IMG/VR virus record: IMGVR_UViG_3300030329_003801
Span: 1 to 61,846 of that record
Source of the DNA: a virus
Lineage: Duplodnaviria > Caudoviricetes
Strand: one strand, 5' to 3'
Length of the DNA: 61,846 nucleotides
Shown piece after piece: positions 47,790 to 56,015 of this stretch (position 1 is the first letter of the stretch; every line of letters starts with the position of its first letter). Under the pieces are notes generated by a model. It made no database searches, was not told the origin of the DNA, and saw only the letters and a program-made list of their open reading frames with translations. A program made the position numbers and the translations under genes.

Positions 47790-47955
47790 TAGGAAAATTA
47801 AAAAGAAATCAAAGGCACAAAGGGAAAGAGAAAAAGCCGAATTAATCCAAGAGCTAGGGTATGATCCAGATCGTGATCCAATGCAGGATTATTGGGATCA
47901 TGAAAGCGACAAGATCGCTATTCACCAAGAATTTCACGATAACGAAACATCATAA
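47782..47955 (+). CDS. Small hypothetical protein (57 aa)
   Basis: GAGG RBS; MDNRKIKKK...ELGYDPDRDPMQDYWDHE... Confidence 0.6.
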   Translation: MDNRKIKKKSKAQREREKAELIQELGYDPDRDPMQDYWDHESDKIAIHQEFHDNETS

Positions 47956-47978
47956 AAAAAGGGGGGAAATTCCCCCCT
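47954..47978 (-). terminator. Intrinsic terminator between convergent genes
   Basis: A7-GGGGGG-AAATT-CCCCCC; U-tract on minus strand. Confidence 0.75.
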
Positions 47979-48002
47979 AATTCATAATATTATATAATTC
48001 AT

Positions 48003-48218
48003 TTATTCGTCTGGCTCGAACTCCTCTCCATAGTCAGCTACTTTCTGCCTATATTCTGTGGTATCATCTTTAAATATACAAGGATCATATTCGTTTTTTC
48101 TATCCTCAATACATTCATCACAAACATAACCACAAGAAATGCCCATTTTATCATAAAGAATAAAAGGAATATTATCTTTCCTACAATTAGGACATTCATC
48201 AAGTATTCTATCAAACAT
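48003..48218 (-). CDS. Small zinc-binding protein
   Basis: CPNC..YD..GI.CGYVCDEC..YDP.IF. Confidence 0.7.
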   Translation of the reverse strand: MFDRILDECPNCRKDNIPFILYDKMGISCGYVCDECIEDRKNEYDPCIFKDDTTEYRQKVADYGEEFEPDE

Positions 48219-48220
48219 AT

Positions 48221-48589
48221 TTACCTGTCCCTGTTTATTTTAATATTATCTTTACTGACATTGAGGCAAACAACATATAAATACCAAACATCAATATCAT
48301 AGGGAAACATTCTGGTTTTACAGCAGTTAAAATGATAACCTTTTTTATCAAATTCTTCCTTGTAATAATCTCCCATATGATTGTCAGTAAAATAATCTTC
48401 TATATTCTTACATAACCAAAATGTTTCACAACTTTGATTTTTACCATTAAAGGCAATCATATTGGGGTTATTTTGTTCAATGGGAATAATCCTGTCACAT
48501 TCTTTGACATAATCAAATTCTTGCTTGATTTGTTCCCATTCTTTATCAGTAAAACTTCTTTTCTGGTGTATATAGTTTGTATATCCCAT
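48221..48589 (-). CDS. Conserved phage hypothetical protein
   Basis: MGYTNY..W..I.FNG..CETF..FNCCKT..PYD..V; AAGGAG RBS. Confidence 0.75.
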   Translation of the reverse strand: MGYTNYIHQKRSFTDKEWEQIKQEFDYVKECDRIIPIEQNNPNMIAFNGKNQSCETFWLCKNIEDYFTDNHMGDYYKEEFDKKGYHFNCCKTRMFPYDIDVWYLYVVCLNVSKDNIKINRDR

Positions 48590-48615
48590 TTTTATTATAT
48601 CTCCTTTTTAAAGTT

Positions 48616-48641
48616 AAAAAGGGGAATAATTAAATTCCCCT
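48616..48641 (-). terminator. Hairpin with short U-tract (terminator/attenuator)
   Basis: A5-GGGGAAT-loop-ATTCCCC. Confidence 0.55.
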
Positions 48642-48649
48642 AGTTTTAG

Positions 48650-48736
48650 TTATATTAATAAATTAACTGCTAGAATAATTATAATACTAATTAAAAGAAC
48701 AGAAACAATAAAAGTAAATTTTCTTATAAAGTTCAT
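48650..48736 (-). CDS. Single-TM micropeptide (28 aa)
   Basis: MNFIRKFTFIVSVLLISIIIILAVNLLI*; AAGGAG RBS, ATGA overlap. Confidence 0.6.
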   Translation of the reverse strand: MNFIRKFTFIVSVLLISIIIILAVNLLI

Positions 48737-48939
48737 TTTGCTTTTACTCCTTTTTCTAGTTCTTTCAGCTTGGTAATAATCTCACTAGCGTCAAGCTTAT
48801 TTAGTGGTAGTGTTATATCAACATCATTCTTAAAATGTGGAAAGTTTGAAACAATAGAATTAATCAACCAAAGCTGTTTAGAACTAGCTGATTGATCCTT
48901 TGCTTGATCTCTCCATTTATCACTTATTTCAAAAGCCAT
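48733..48939 (-). CDS. Small helical protein
   Basis: AS.KQL..I..L.K.DAS.II..L motif; AGGAG RBS. Confidence 0.7.
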   Translation of the reverse strand: MAFEISDKWRDQAKDQSASSKQLWLINSIVSNFPHFKNDVDITLPLNKLDASEIITKLKELEKGVKAK

Positions 48940-48943
48940 TTTT

Positions 48944-49141
48944 TTATACTCCTAGTTTTTCAATTTCAATATTTTCATCATGAAAATAATGTCTGGTTAT
49001 ATACTCACATTGTGAAATTAATTTCACTAAATGCTTCTTTTGTTCTTTTTCAAGATCAGAAGAAATGATTTGAAGTCCCTTACTATCAAAATCTTCTATA
49101 ACTTTTTCAAGATCTTCGGTAAGATTTTCAAAGTAAAACAT
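48944..49141 (-). CDS. Hypothetical protein
   Basis: AAGGAG RBS and upstream promoter. Confidence 0.65.
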   Translation of the reverse strand: MFYFENLTEDLEKVIEDFDSKGLQIISSDLEKEQKKHLVKLISQCEYITRHYFHDENIEIEKLGV

Positions 49142-49249
49142 ATTTTTATTACTCCTTTGTTAAATGGTTTAATTTCTTTTATATTATGTTTGCAAATATT
49201 ACAAACATATATTAATAATAAATTATTAATTAAATATAGGAGTTATTAT

Positions 49250-49627
49250 ATGAATGAATTACATATATTAAACAAAGATGAAGCAAGAGCCGAAAAGGTG
49301 GCAATGCTTAACGATCAATTAAGATCAAAAATAGGTCAAGGTCTACCTGTTGGAAATAATGATTTTGTCATAACTCAAGGTATCTGGGATTGTTTCAATG
49401 ATGATGAAATGACAACCTTATTCCACAATATTAAAACTTTTGACGATTTCAGCGAGGACAACGATCCACACAAAGAGAGAGACTTTGGATCACTCACAGC
49501 AAAAGGAAGAAAAATATTCTGGAAGATAGACTATTACGATAATAACCTTGAATATCATAGCCCAGATAATACAGATCCAACACAAACAAGACGAGTTATG
49601 ACAGTTATGCTGTCTGACGAGTATTAA
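49250..49627 (+). CDS. DUF3768 family protein
   Basis: LND.LR..TQG..FDDFSEDNDPH.ERDFG..FWKIDYYD..SPD.TDP..TRRV.TVML.DEY; start at MNELH with AGGAG RBS. Confidence 0.85.
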   Translation: MNELHILNKDEARAEKVAMLNDQLRSKIGQGLPVGNNDFVITQGIWDCFNDDEMTTLFHNIKTFDDFSEDNDPHKERDFGSLTAKGRKIFWKIDYYDNNLEYHSPDNTDPTQTRRVMTVMLSDEY

Positions 49628-49633
49628 ACCAAT

Positions 49634-49661
49634 AAAAAAAGGGGAGTAAAAAACTCCCCTT
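49634..49661. terminator. Terminator between convergent genes
   Basis: A7-GGGGAGT-loop-ACTCCCCTT. Confidence 0.75.
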
Positions 49662-49683
49662 ATTTAATCATATAATAATTAAA

Positions 49684-49866
49684 CTATTTAACCATAGCTA
49701 GAAAATCTTTCTTCGCTTTTTGAACTTCTTCATTACTCATCAACATCAATCTTCTAATGGCTTCAATTCGTTGATCTTCAGTTAAATAGGGTTTCATTAA
49801 TCCAAACAAGTATTTGTGTAATGAACTTCTAAACAGATCAATTTTTACTTTCTTTGTTTTATTCAT
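49684..49866 (-). CDS. Hypothetical protein, probably leaderless
   Basis: TTGTAA-N17-TAAAGA ends 7 nt before ATG; no SD. Confidence 0.6.
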   Translation of the reverse strand: MNKTKKVKIDLFRSSLHKYLFGLMKPYLTEDQRIEAIRRLMLMSNEEVQKAKKDFLAMVK

Positions 49867-49941
49867 GATTAGATCTTTAAAGGAAGTTTGAAAAGATTAC
49901 AAGATAATTAATAATAATAATTAATAGGATAAAGTATTGAT

Positions 49942-50466
49942 ATGACTAGAAAAACAGCAATAACACCAGAACAAGCTTTGGCTCAATATATTCAAATGGG
50001 ACAAAGCAGGACATTGAATAGATTGCACAAAATTCTGAATAAAGCAGTATCGTACGATAGTCTACGAAGGTGGTGTCATCAAGGTAATTGGGTTGAAAAG
50101 GCTAAAGCTACAGATCGCAAAACTACTGAAATAATGACCGAAAAACACGCTATAGAACTGGCTGAAAGAACATTTAACGAGATAGACGAGCTTAAGGGCA
50201 TTAATAAGCAGTTATTGTTCAAGGTGTCAAAAGAGTTAGAAAAGATTAATTATGATCTAAAGGCAGAACAAATAAAGTCATTAGGAGATCTTGCCTTATC
50301 TGTGTCCAAGCAGATCCAACTGCTGTCTGGTGGTGTTGACTCAAGACATGAAGCTATTAACATAGAGAGCTTAAATAAAAACGAATTACAAACAATGATC
50401 CAAACATTAACTCATGAGCTAGGGCTTGATCTTGGTGGTGTCAGTAATGACAAGAAAGTGAATTGA
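49942..50466 (+). CDS. terS: Terminase small subunit
   Basis: N-terminal HTH (Y..MG..R.L...L.RW....WV.KA), helical body, upstream of TerL. Confidence 0.65.
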   Translation: MTRKTAITPEQALAQYIQMGQSRTLNRLHKILNKAVSYDSLRRWCHQGNWVEKAKATDRKTTEIMTEKHAIELAERTFNEIDELKGINKQLLFKVSKELEKINYDLKAEQIKSLGDLALSVSKQIQLLSGGVDSRHEAINIESLNKNELQTMIQTLTHELGLDLGGVSNDKKVN

Positions 50467-50615
50467 TTAGATTGAAAAGAAAAAGAAAAGCTGGATTAAA
50501 TAGAGTCCCAGCAAGGCAAAAACAATAAGTCAGACCCCACCCACCCACTTTTTCATTGATCATAACATCCATATAGGCCATCTCAAAATATTTTAATACA
50601 TATATAGATATACCC

Positions 50616-50645
50616 CTTGACTTTTTATTTCAATAGGTCTATATT
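50616..50645 (+). promoter_or_regulatory. Promoter for hsp20 (sigma70- and RpoH-compatible)
   Basis: TTGACT-N17-TATATT; also reads CTTGAC-N16-TCTATAT. Confidence 0.6.
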
Positions 50646-50665
50646 TTTATATATATTTTTCCAGT

Positions 50666-50740
50666 TTGCACCAATGTGGTGTAATAACCCGTGCCATTCA
50701 GGACGGGATTTTTAACTTGCTACGACAGGAGTAACAAATG
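50666..50740 (+). promoter_or_regulatory. ROSE-like RNA thermometer
   Basis: Two upstream hairpins, then CUUGCU-acgac-AGGAG with bulged G pairing to the SD of a small heat-shock gene. Confidence 0.7.
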
Positions 50741-51154
50741 AACGAGCTAATGACGTTGTCAAACCGCTTGACCCCAAGCCTATTCAGGCAAATGGTAATC
50801 GGTTTTGATGATTTTTTCAACGACATCCACAACGTGGACAAAACATACCCACCCTATAATATCAAAAAGACAGGGGAAGACATCTATACGCTGGAAATGG
50901 CGATAGCTGGATTTAAAAAATCCGATATCAAAGTAAACGTAGAGAATAATATCCTCAAGATTACAGGGGAACAAAAGAAGAACGACAATGACTATATCCA
51001 TAAAGGTATGGCAACTCGTAACTTCATAAGGTCTTTTTCTCTGGCTCGACACATAGAGGTCGAGGAAGCGAAGATGGAGGACGGTCTTTTAAAAATAAAG
51101 ATCATTCGCAATCTTCCAAAAGAGCTAAGACCAAAGGAAATTAAAATCGTATAA
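50738..51154 (+). CDS. hsp20: Small heat shock protein (IbpA/Hsp20)
   Basis: IGFD..YPPYNI..E.AIAGF..YIHKG.A.R.F.RSF.LA..A..EDGLL.I. Confidence 0.95.
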   Translation: MNELMTLSNRLTPSLFRQMVIGFDDFFNDIHNVDKTYPPYNIKKTGEDIYTLEMAIAGFKKSDIKVNVENNILKITGEQKKNDNDYIHKGMATRNFIRSFSLARHIEVEEAKMEDGLLKIKIIRNLPKELRPKEIKIV

Positions 51155-52632
51155 TGGAGCAAGTCCAGATTAATAAATCCGAAAAATTTATCGCCTTACA
51201 AAAGGCGATAAAGCGTTTAGGAGATCTGGAACAAACCCAAAAGGCACATGATTCTTTACTGGAATATGCTAAAGTTCAAATGCCCGGCTATATGTCGCCA
51301 AGCCATATAAAGCTCTTAGCATCAAAGCTAGAAGCCGTAGAAAGAGGAGAGATTAAACGACTAGCTATATTCATGCCCCCAAGGCACGGAAAAAGCCAGT
51401 TGACATCGCAATTCTTTCCATCATGGTTTATCGGCAGAAATCCATCGAAGTATATTATCGCAACAACATACTCACAGGATTTAGCAGACGATTTTGGTCG
51501 ATCAGTAAGAAACCAAATCTTAGATGACAATTTTAAGAAAACTTTTCCAGAATGTATCTTGTCAAAGGATTCAACATCTGTTAAAAGGTTTCATACTGAC
51601 TTAGGAGGTGTGTACTACGCTGTTGGTGCAGGGGGTGCAATAACGGGTAGAGGTGCACACCTTCTTTTAATTGATGATCCTATCAAGGGACGGGAAGAAG
51701 CAGACTCCGATGCAATGAGAGAAAATCTCATCAACTGGTATAAGTCAACAGCCTATTCACGTTTACAACCCGGAGGATCAATTATTCTTATCCAGACACG
51801 TTGGCATGAGGATGATCTTGCAGGATGGATTCTAAAAGAAACAAAACATGAACCGTGGGAGGTCATAGAGTTTCCAGCCGTATTGGACGATAAAGCAGCC
51901 AAGATTCTAAAAAGAAAAAAAGGCGAAGCATTATGGCCCGAAGCATACGGAATGGACAGATTAGAGGAAATACAAAAGACTGCAGGAAGCCGTGAATGGA
52001 ATGCTTTGTATATGCAGCGACCTGCTGCTGAAGAAGGAAATATTATTAAGCGGTGGTGGTGGAAACAATGGGAGCACAATGAACCACCAGAATGTCAGTA
52101 TATATTACAATCATGGGATACAGCCTATACCACAAATGATAAAAGCGATTATTCCGCTTGTACCACTTGGGGTATATTTGAGGATAAGCAAAAAATAACA
52201 AATGCTGTTCTTATTTCAGCACAAAGAGATAGATGGGCATTTCCTGATTTAAAATCAAAAGCTGTAGAGTTCTATAATACTTATCAGCCTGATGTTATTC
52301 TAGTGGAAGCAAAAGCATCGGGATGGTCACTCATACAGGAATTACAAAGAGCAGGGTTGCCGATTACACCGTACAACCCGAAGAAGATGGATAAAAGAGC
52401 AAGAGCTCATGCCGTCACACCCATATTTGAAGCAGGGCGTGTTTGGTTTCCAAAAGGAAAATGGTGGGCAGAAGATGTTATTAATCAATGTGCACAGTTT
52501 CCAACATCAAACTACGATGACTTTGTAGATTCAACTACACAGGCATTACTAAGATTAAGACAAGGATTTTTTGTAACACACCCACAGGATGTTCCGTTTG
52601 AACCATCTAAACCAAGTGGAAGTTATTGGTGA
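51154..52632 (+). CDS. terL: Terminase large subunit
   Basis: MPPRHGKS Walker A, ITGRGA.LLLIDDP Walker B, QTRWHEDDL, SWDTA, E.KASG, DDFVD RNase H motifs. Confidence 0.95.
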   Translation: MEQVQINKSEKFIALQKAIKRLGDLEQTQKAHDSLLEYAKVQMPGYMSPSHIKLLASKLEAVERGEIKRLAIFMPPRHGKSQLTSQFFPSWFIGRNPSKYIIATTYSQDLADDFGRSVRNQILDDNFKKTFPECILSKDSTSVKRFHTDLGGVYYAVGAGGAITGRGAHLLLIDDPIKGREEADSDAMRENLINWYKSTAYSRLQPGGSIILIQTRWHEDDLAGWILKETKHEPWEVIEFPAVLDDKAAKILKRKKGEALWPEAYGMDRLEEIQKTAGSREWNALYMQRPAAEEGNIIKRWWWKQWEHNEPPECQYILQSWDTAYTTNDKSDYSACTTWGIFEDKQKITNAVLISAQRDRWAFPDLKSKAVEFYNTYQPDVILVEAKASGWSLIQELQRAGLPITPYNPKKMDKRARAHAVTPIFEAGRVWFPKGKWWAEDVINQCAQFPTSNYDDFVDSTTQALLRLRQGFFVTHPQDVPFEPSKPSGSYW

Positions 52633-52644
52633 TAGGAGTAAATA

Positions 52645-52713
52645 ATGGCTAATAAACAATATCAATGGTTTTTAACAAAAAGAAAAAGAATTAAAAAGAA
52701 AAAGAAAAAATAA
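52645..52713 (+). CDS. Lys-rich micropeptide (22 aa) coupled to portal gene
   Basis: AGGAG RBS; MANKQYQWFLTKRKRIKKKKKK*; TAATG overlap with portal start. Confidence 0.55.
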   Translation: MANKQYQWFLTKRKRIKKKKKK

Positions 52714-55190
52714 TGGCTAGAGAAAAAACATCAGAATTTAATCAAATGGTTTCTCGTGAATCTGTCGATGTACAGATGCCTGACGAGAAAGAACCAGAAA
52801 TTAGAAAAACAAAACATAATGATAATCTTGCAGAAAAGATTGATGATGATTTGTTAGATGATTTAGCAAGTGATTTAATTGATAAATATGAATCGGATAA
52901 AAGAAGCAGAAGCGATTGGGAAGAAACTATTAGAAAAGGTATTGAACTTTTAGGATTAAAACTAGAAGAAACAACAAAACCATTTCCGGGTGCTTGTGCA
53001 GCACATCATCCTTTAATGGTAGAAGCTGCTGTTCAATTTCAATCACAAGCAATTAAAGAATTATTCCCAGCTAATGGGCCTGTACAAACAAAAGTTTTAG
53101 GAGATTATACAGAAGAAAAAGTAAAACAAGCATACCGTGTTAAAGAATTTATGAATTATCAAATTACGGATAAGATGGAAGAATTCTTTGATGACTTAGA
53201 TCAAATGCTTTTTTATCTTCCAATAGTTGGTTCATGCTTTAAAAAGATTTATTATGATGAAACATTAAAAAGACCGGTAGCACGATTTATTCCTGTAGAA
53301 GATTTTGTTATATCTTATGATACACCAGACCTTCGTACATCAGGACGATATACGCATGTTATTCGTATAGAAGAAAATGAATTATTAAAAAGACAAGTTA
53401 CAGGATTTTATGCTGAAATGGATATGGAAGAAGATCCTGATCCAAGTGCAAACAAAGGCGATATTGCAGAAAAGTTAGAACAAGTTCAAGGAAGAAGCAG
53501 AGACATTGGAAGTAAAGATAGAATATATACTTTACTTGAAATGCATATTGATATGGATTTTGATGACTTCAGAGATGAAGATGGTATAGCTGTTCCTTAC
53601 ATTATTACAATTTGTCTTGATACAAAAAGAATTTTATCAATTAGAAGAAATTACAATGAAGAAGATGATACAAAAAAACGCATACAACATTTTGTTCATT
53701 ATAAATTCTTACCGGGATTTGGGTTTTATGGTTTAGGATATGTTCACCTCCTAGGCAACTTGCAAAAATCAGCAACAACTGTTCTACGTTCTATTATTGA
53801 TGCTGGTCAGTTTGCTAATCTTCCTGCTGGATTTAAAGCAAGAGGAATGCGAATTGAAGGAGGCGATCAACCAATAGGATTTGGTGAATTTAAAGATGTT
53901 GAAGGATACGGAGATGATATTAAAAAATCTGTTGTTCCTTTACCATTTAAAGAACCATCACAAGTTTTAACTCAATTATTGGGTTCAATGACGGATGAAG
54001 GAAGAAGACTTGCTGCTATTACTGATCTTCAAACAGGAGATGGTAATACACAAGCTCCTGTAGGCACAACTGTTGCTTTATTGGAGCAAGGTACAAAAGT
54101 TATGTCTTCTATCCATAAACGATTGCACAATTCACAAAAAGAAGAATTAAAAGTATTATCAAGAATTAATTCTGAATCACTTCCTGATTATTATCCTTAT
54201 GATGTATCAGGTGTAAGTCGTTTTGTTTTCAAAAAAGATTTTGACGGAAGAGTGGATGTTCTTCCTGTTTCTGATCCAAATATTTTTTCTACAGCACAAA
54301 GAGTTATTTTGGCACAAACACAATTACAAATGGCACAATCTGCACCGCAAATACATGATTTGCGTGAAGCATACAAAAGAATGTATGATGCATTAAATGT
54401 TCCTAATGTAGAAGATATTTTAATGCCAGAAATGGGTGATAAGCCAAAAGATCCAGCAACAGAAAATTATGCAATGTTACAGACACGACCTGTTAAGGCG
54501 TATCCGTGGCAAGACCATGAAGCACATGTGGCTGTGCATCAGGCATTTATGATGGATCCATCAAATGTTCCACCATCACAAAATCCACAGCAACAACAAC
54601 AAATGCAAATGGCAATGCAACAAATGATTACTGCTCATATTGCAGAACATAAAGCTCATTTATACAGACAAATGATTGAGCAGGAAAGTGGAGCTGAACT
54701 TCCAACACCGCCAGAATATACTCGTGAAAATATGGCGAAGGATGATGGATATGAATCTCTTGATCCTGATGTAGAAAATCAAGTGGCTAGAGCTCAAGCC
54801 CAAGCCTCTCAAATTATTTCACAAAGAAATCAAGCGTTGATACAAGCACAACAAAATCAACAAATGAATCAAGATCCTCGTATTCAAATTATGAAGGAAG
54901 ATTTAAGACTTAGAGAACAAGAACAAATGGCGAACGTTCAAAATGATCAACAACGAAATATTCTTAAAGCAGAGGAAATTCGTTTAAAAGAATCAGAGCA
55001 ACGCAATCAGGATGAAATTGATATTATGAAAATTAATACTGATAAAGAAATTGCAATGCAAAAAATGGCTGTTGATTCTAGTACAAAAACAAGAGCTATG
55101 CGTTCACAAGAAGTACGAGATGCCTCAAGGGCAAAATCAAATGAACGAATAGCGAACAAAAGGGAGAAAACCGATGGGAAAGAAAAATAA
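52713..55190 (+). CDS. Portal protein (P22-like, long C-terminal barrel)
   Basis: 825 aa after TerL; HP.M.EAAVQFQ..ELFPA.GPV, GSCFKKIYYD, PGFGFYGLG, PVGTT.ALLE; Q-rich coiled coil. Confidence 0.85.
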   Translation: MAREKTSEFNQMVSRESVDVQMPDEKEPEIRKTKHNDNLAEKIDDDLLDDLASDLIDKYESDKRSRSDWEETIRKGIELLGLKLEETTKPFPGACAAHHPLMVEAAVQFQSQAIKELFPANGPVQTKVLGDYTEEKVKQAYRVKEFMNYQITDKMEEFFDDLDQMLFYLPIVGSCFKKIYYDETLKRPVARFIPVEDFVISYDTPDLRTSGRYTHVIRIEENELLKRQVTGFYAEMDMEEDPDPSANKGDIAEKLEQVQGRSRDIGSKDRIYTLLEMHIDMDFDDFRDEDGIAVPYIITICLDTKRILSIRRNYNEEDDTKKRIQHFVHYKFLPGFGFYGLGYVHLLGNLQKSATTVLRSIIDAGQFANLPAGFKARGMRIEGGDQPIGFGEFKDVEGYGDDIKKSVVPLPFKEPSQVLTQLLGSMTDEGRRLAAITDLQTGDGNTQAPVGTTVALLEQGTKVMSSIHKRLHNSQKEELKVLSRINSESLPDYYPYDVSGVSRFVFKKDFDGRVDVLPVSDPNIFSTAQRVILAQTQLQMAQSAPQIHDLREAYKRMYDALNVPNVEDILMPEMGDKPKDPATENYAMLQTRPVKAYPWQDHEAHVAVHQAFMMDPSNVPPSQNPQQQQQMQMAMQQMITAHIAEHKAHLYRQMIEQESGAELPTPPEYTRENMAKDDGYESLDPDVENQVARAQAQASQIISQRNQALIQAQQNQQMNQDPRIQIMKEDLRLREQEQMANVQNDQQRNILKAEEIRLKESEQRNQDEIDIMKINTDKEIAMQKMAVDSSTKTRAMRSQEVRDASRAKSNERIANKREKTDGKEK

Positions 55191-55419
55191 AGAAAAAACA
55201 GAAATTAATAAAGAACTTTGGATGATGAATGATAAAATTTATGAAACAGATCTTGATATTATGAAAAATATGGAAATAACTCCAGAACAAGCAATGATGG
55301 GTGGAGGTAAAGTAATGCGTTATTTTCATGGCGGAGGAGTTTTACCTTTGGATAATAAACATCAAGGACAATATGATATTCAAGTAAAAAAAATAAAAGG
55401 AAAAGGTAAAGTCCTATAG
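55174..55419 (+). CDS. Hypothetical head-associated protein
   Basis: GGGAG RBS; MMGGGKV and FHGGGV motifs. Confidence 0.6.
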   Translation: MGKKNKEKTEINKELWMMNDKIYETDLDIMKNMEITPEQAMMGGGKVMRYFHGGGVLPLDNKHQGQYDIQVKKIKGKGKVL

Positions 55420-55613
55420 TGGATGTAGTTAAATTTATAAAGTTTTTAAAAACAAAAGTAGAGAGGGAACGAGAGTTGATATCAGATTCTCTTGTTGATG
55501 GTCGTATTCCAAAAGAAGATTACGAAAAAACTGTTGGCAAGGCTTCTGGTTTAAAAATGTGTTTGGATTTAATAAGGGAAAGTTCAAAAAATTTAGAGGA
55601 TAATAATGAGTGA
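55419..55613 (+). CDS. Hypothetical protein
   Basis: L.DG...EDY...VG...GL pattern; usual position before phage GroES. Confidence 0.65.
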   Translation: MDVVKFIKFLKTKVERERELISDSLVDGRIPKEDYEKTVGKASGLKMCLDLIRESSKNLEDNNE

Positions 55614-55962
55614 ATTTTCGTTAGTTGAAAAAGAATTAAAAGATAAAAAACATCCTGTGGCTGTTGGTCACAGAATTTTAGTAAAAACATTAGATGTCGC
55701 AGACAGAACGAATAAAGGAATTTATTTGCCCGGAAAAGCTGTTGAAGATCATCGTGCTGTTGCATCCATTGGAAAAATAATCCAAATGGGTGAAGATGCA
55801 TATAACAGAGATGATATGTCAAAGCCTTGGGCAAAAATAGGAGATTACGTTATGTTCGGAAAATATGCTGGACACCGTTTTAAATATGGTGATGCAGAAT
55901 TACGAATAATGAACGATGACGAGATTCTGGCATTTGTGCCAGATGTTAAAAGTGTAAGTTAA
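55606..55962 (+). CDS. groES: Co-chaperonin GroES
   Basis: GHRILVK..T.KGIYLP..G.II.MG..AY..W.K.GD.V.F.KYAG..R.MNDDEILA. Confidence 0.9.
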   Translation: MSEFSLVEKELKDKKHPVAVGHRILVKTLDVADRTNKGIYLPGKAVEDHRAVASIGKIIQMGEDAYNRDDMSKPWAKIGDYVMFGKYAGHRFKYGDAELRIMNDDEILAFVPDVKSVS

Positions 55963-56015
55963 CTGCACTTTTTTTTAACCGTAGCAATAGCTACGCAATC
56001 TTTGGAGAAAAACCA

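Larger units (their letters stand above)
44910..49902. promoter_or_regulatory. Five copies of 15-bp palindrome TTG(A/C)AA-N3-TT(G/T/A)CAA overlapping -35 boxes
   Basis: 44910-44924, 46889-46903, 47564-47578, 49190-49204, 49888-49902; all intergenic. Confidence 0.7.

Noticed and set aside
49031-49249. N-terminal extension of DUF3768 in the ORF track
   Set aside because: Overlaps an opposite-strand gene and promoter; SD supports the 49250 start
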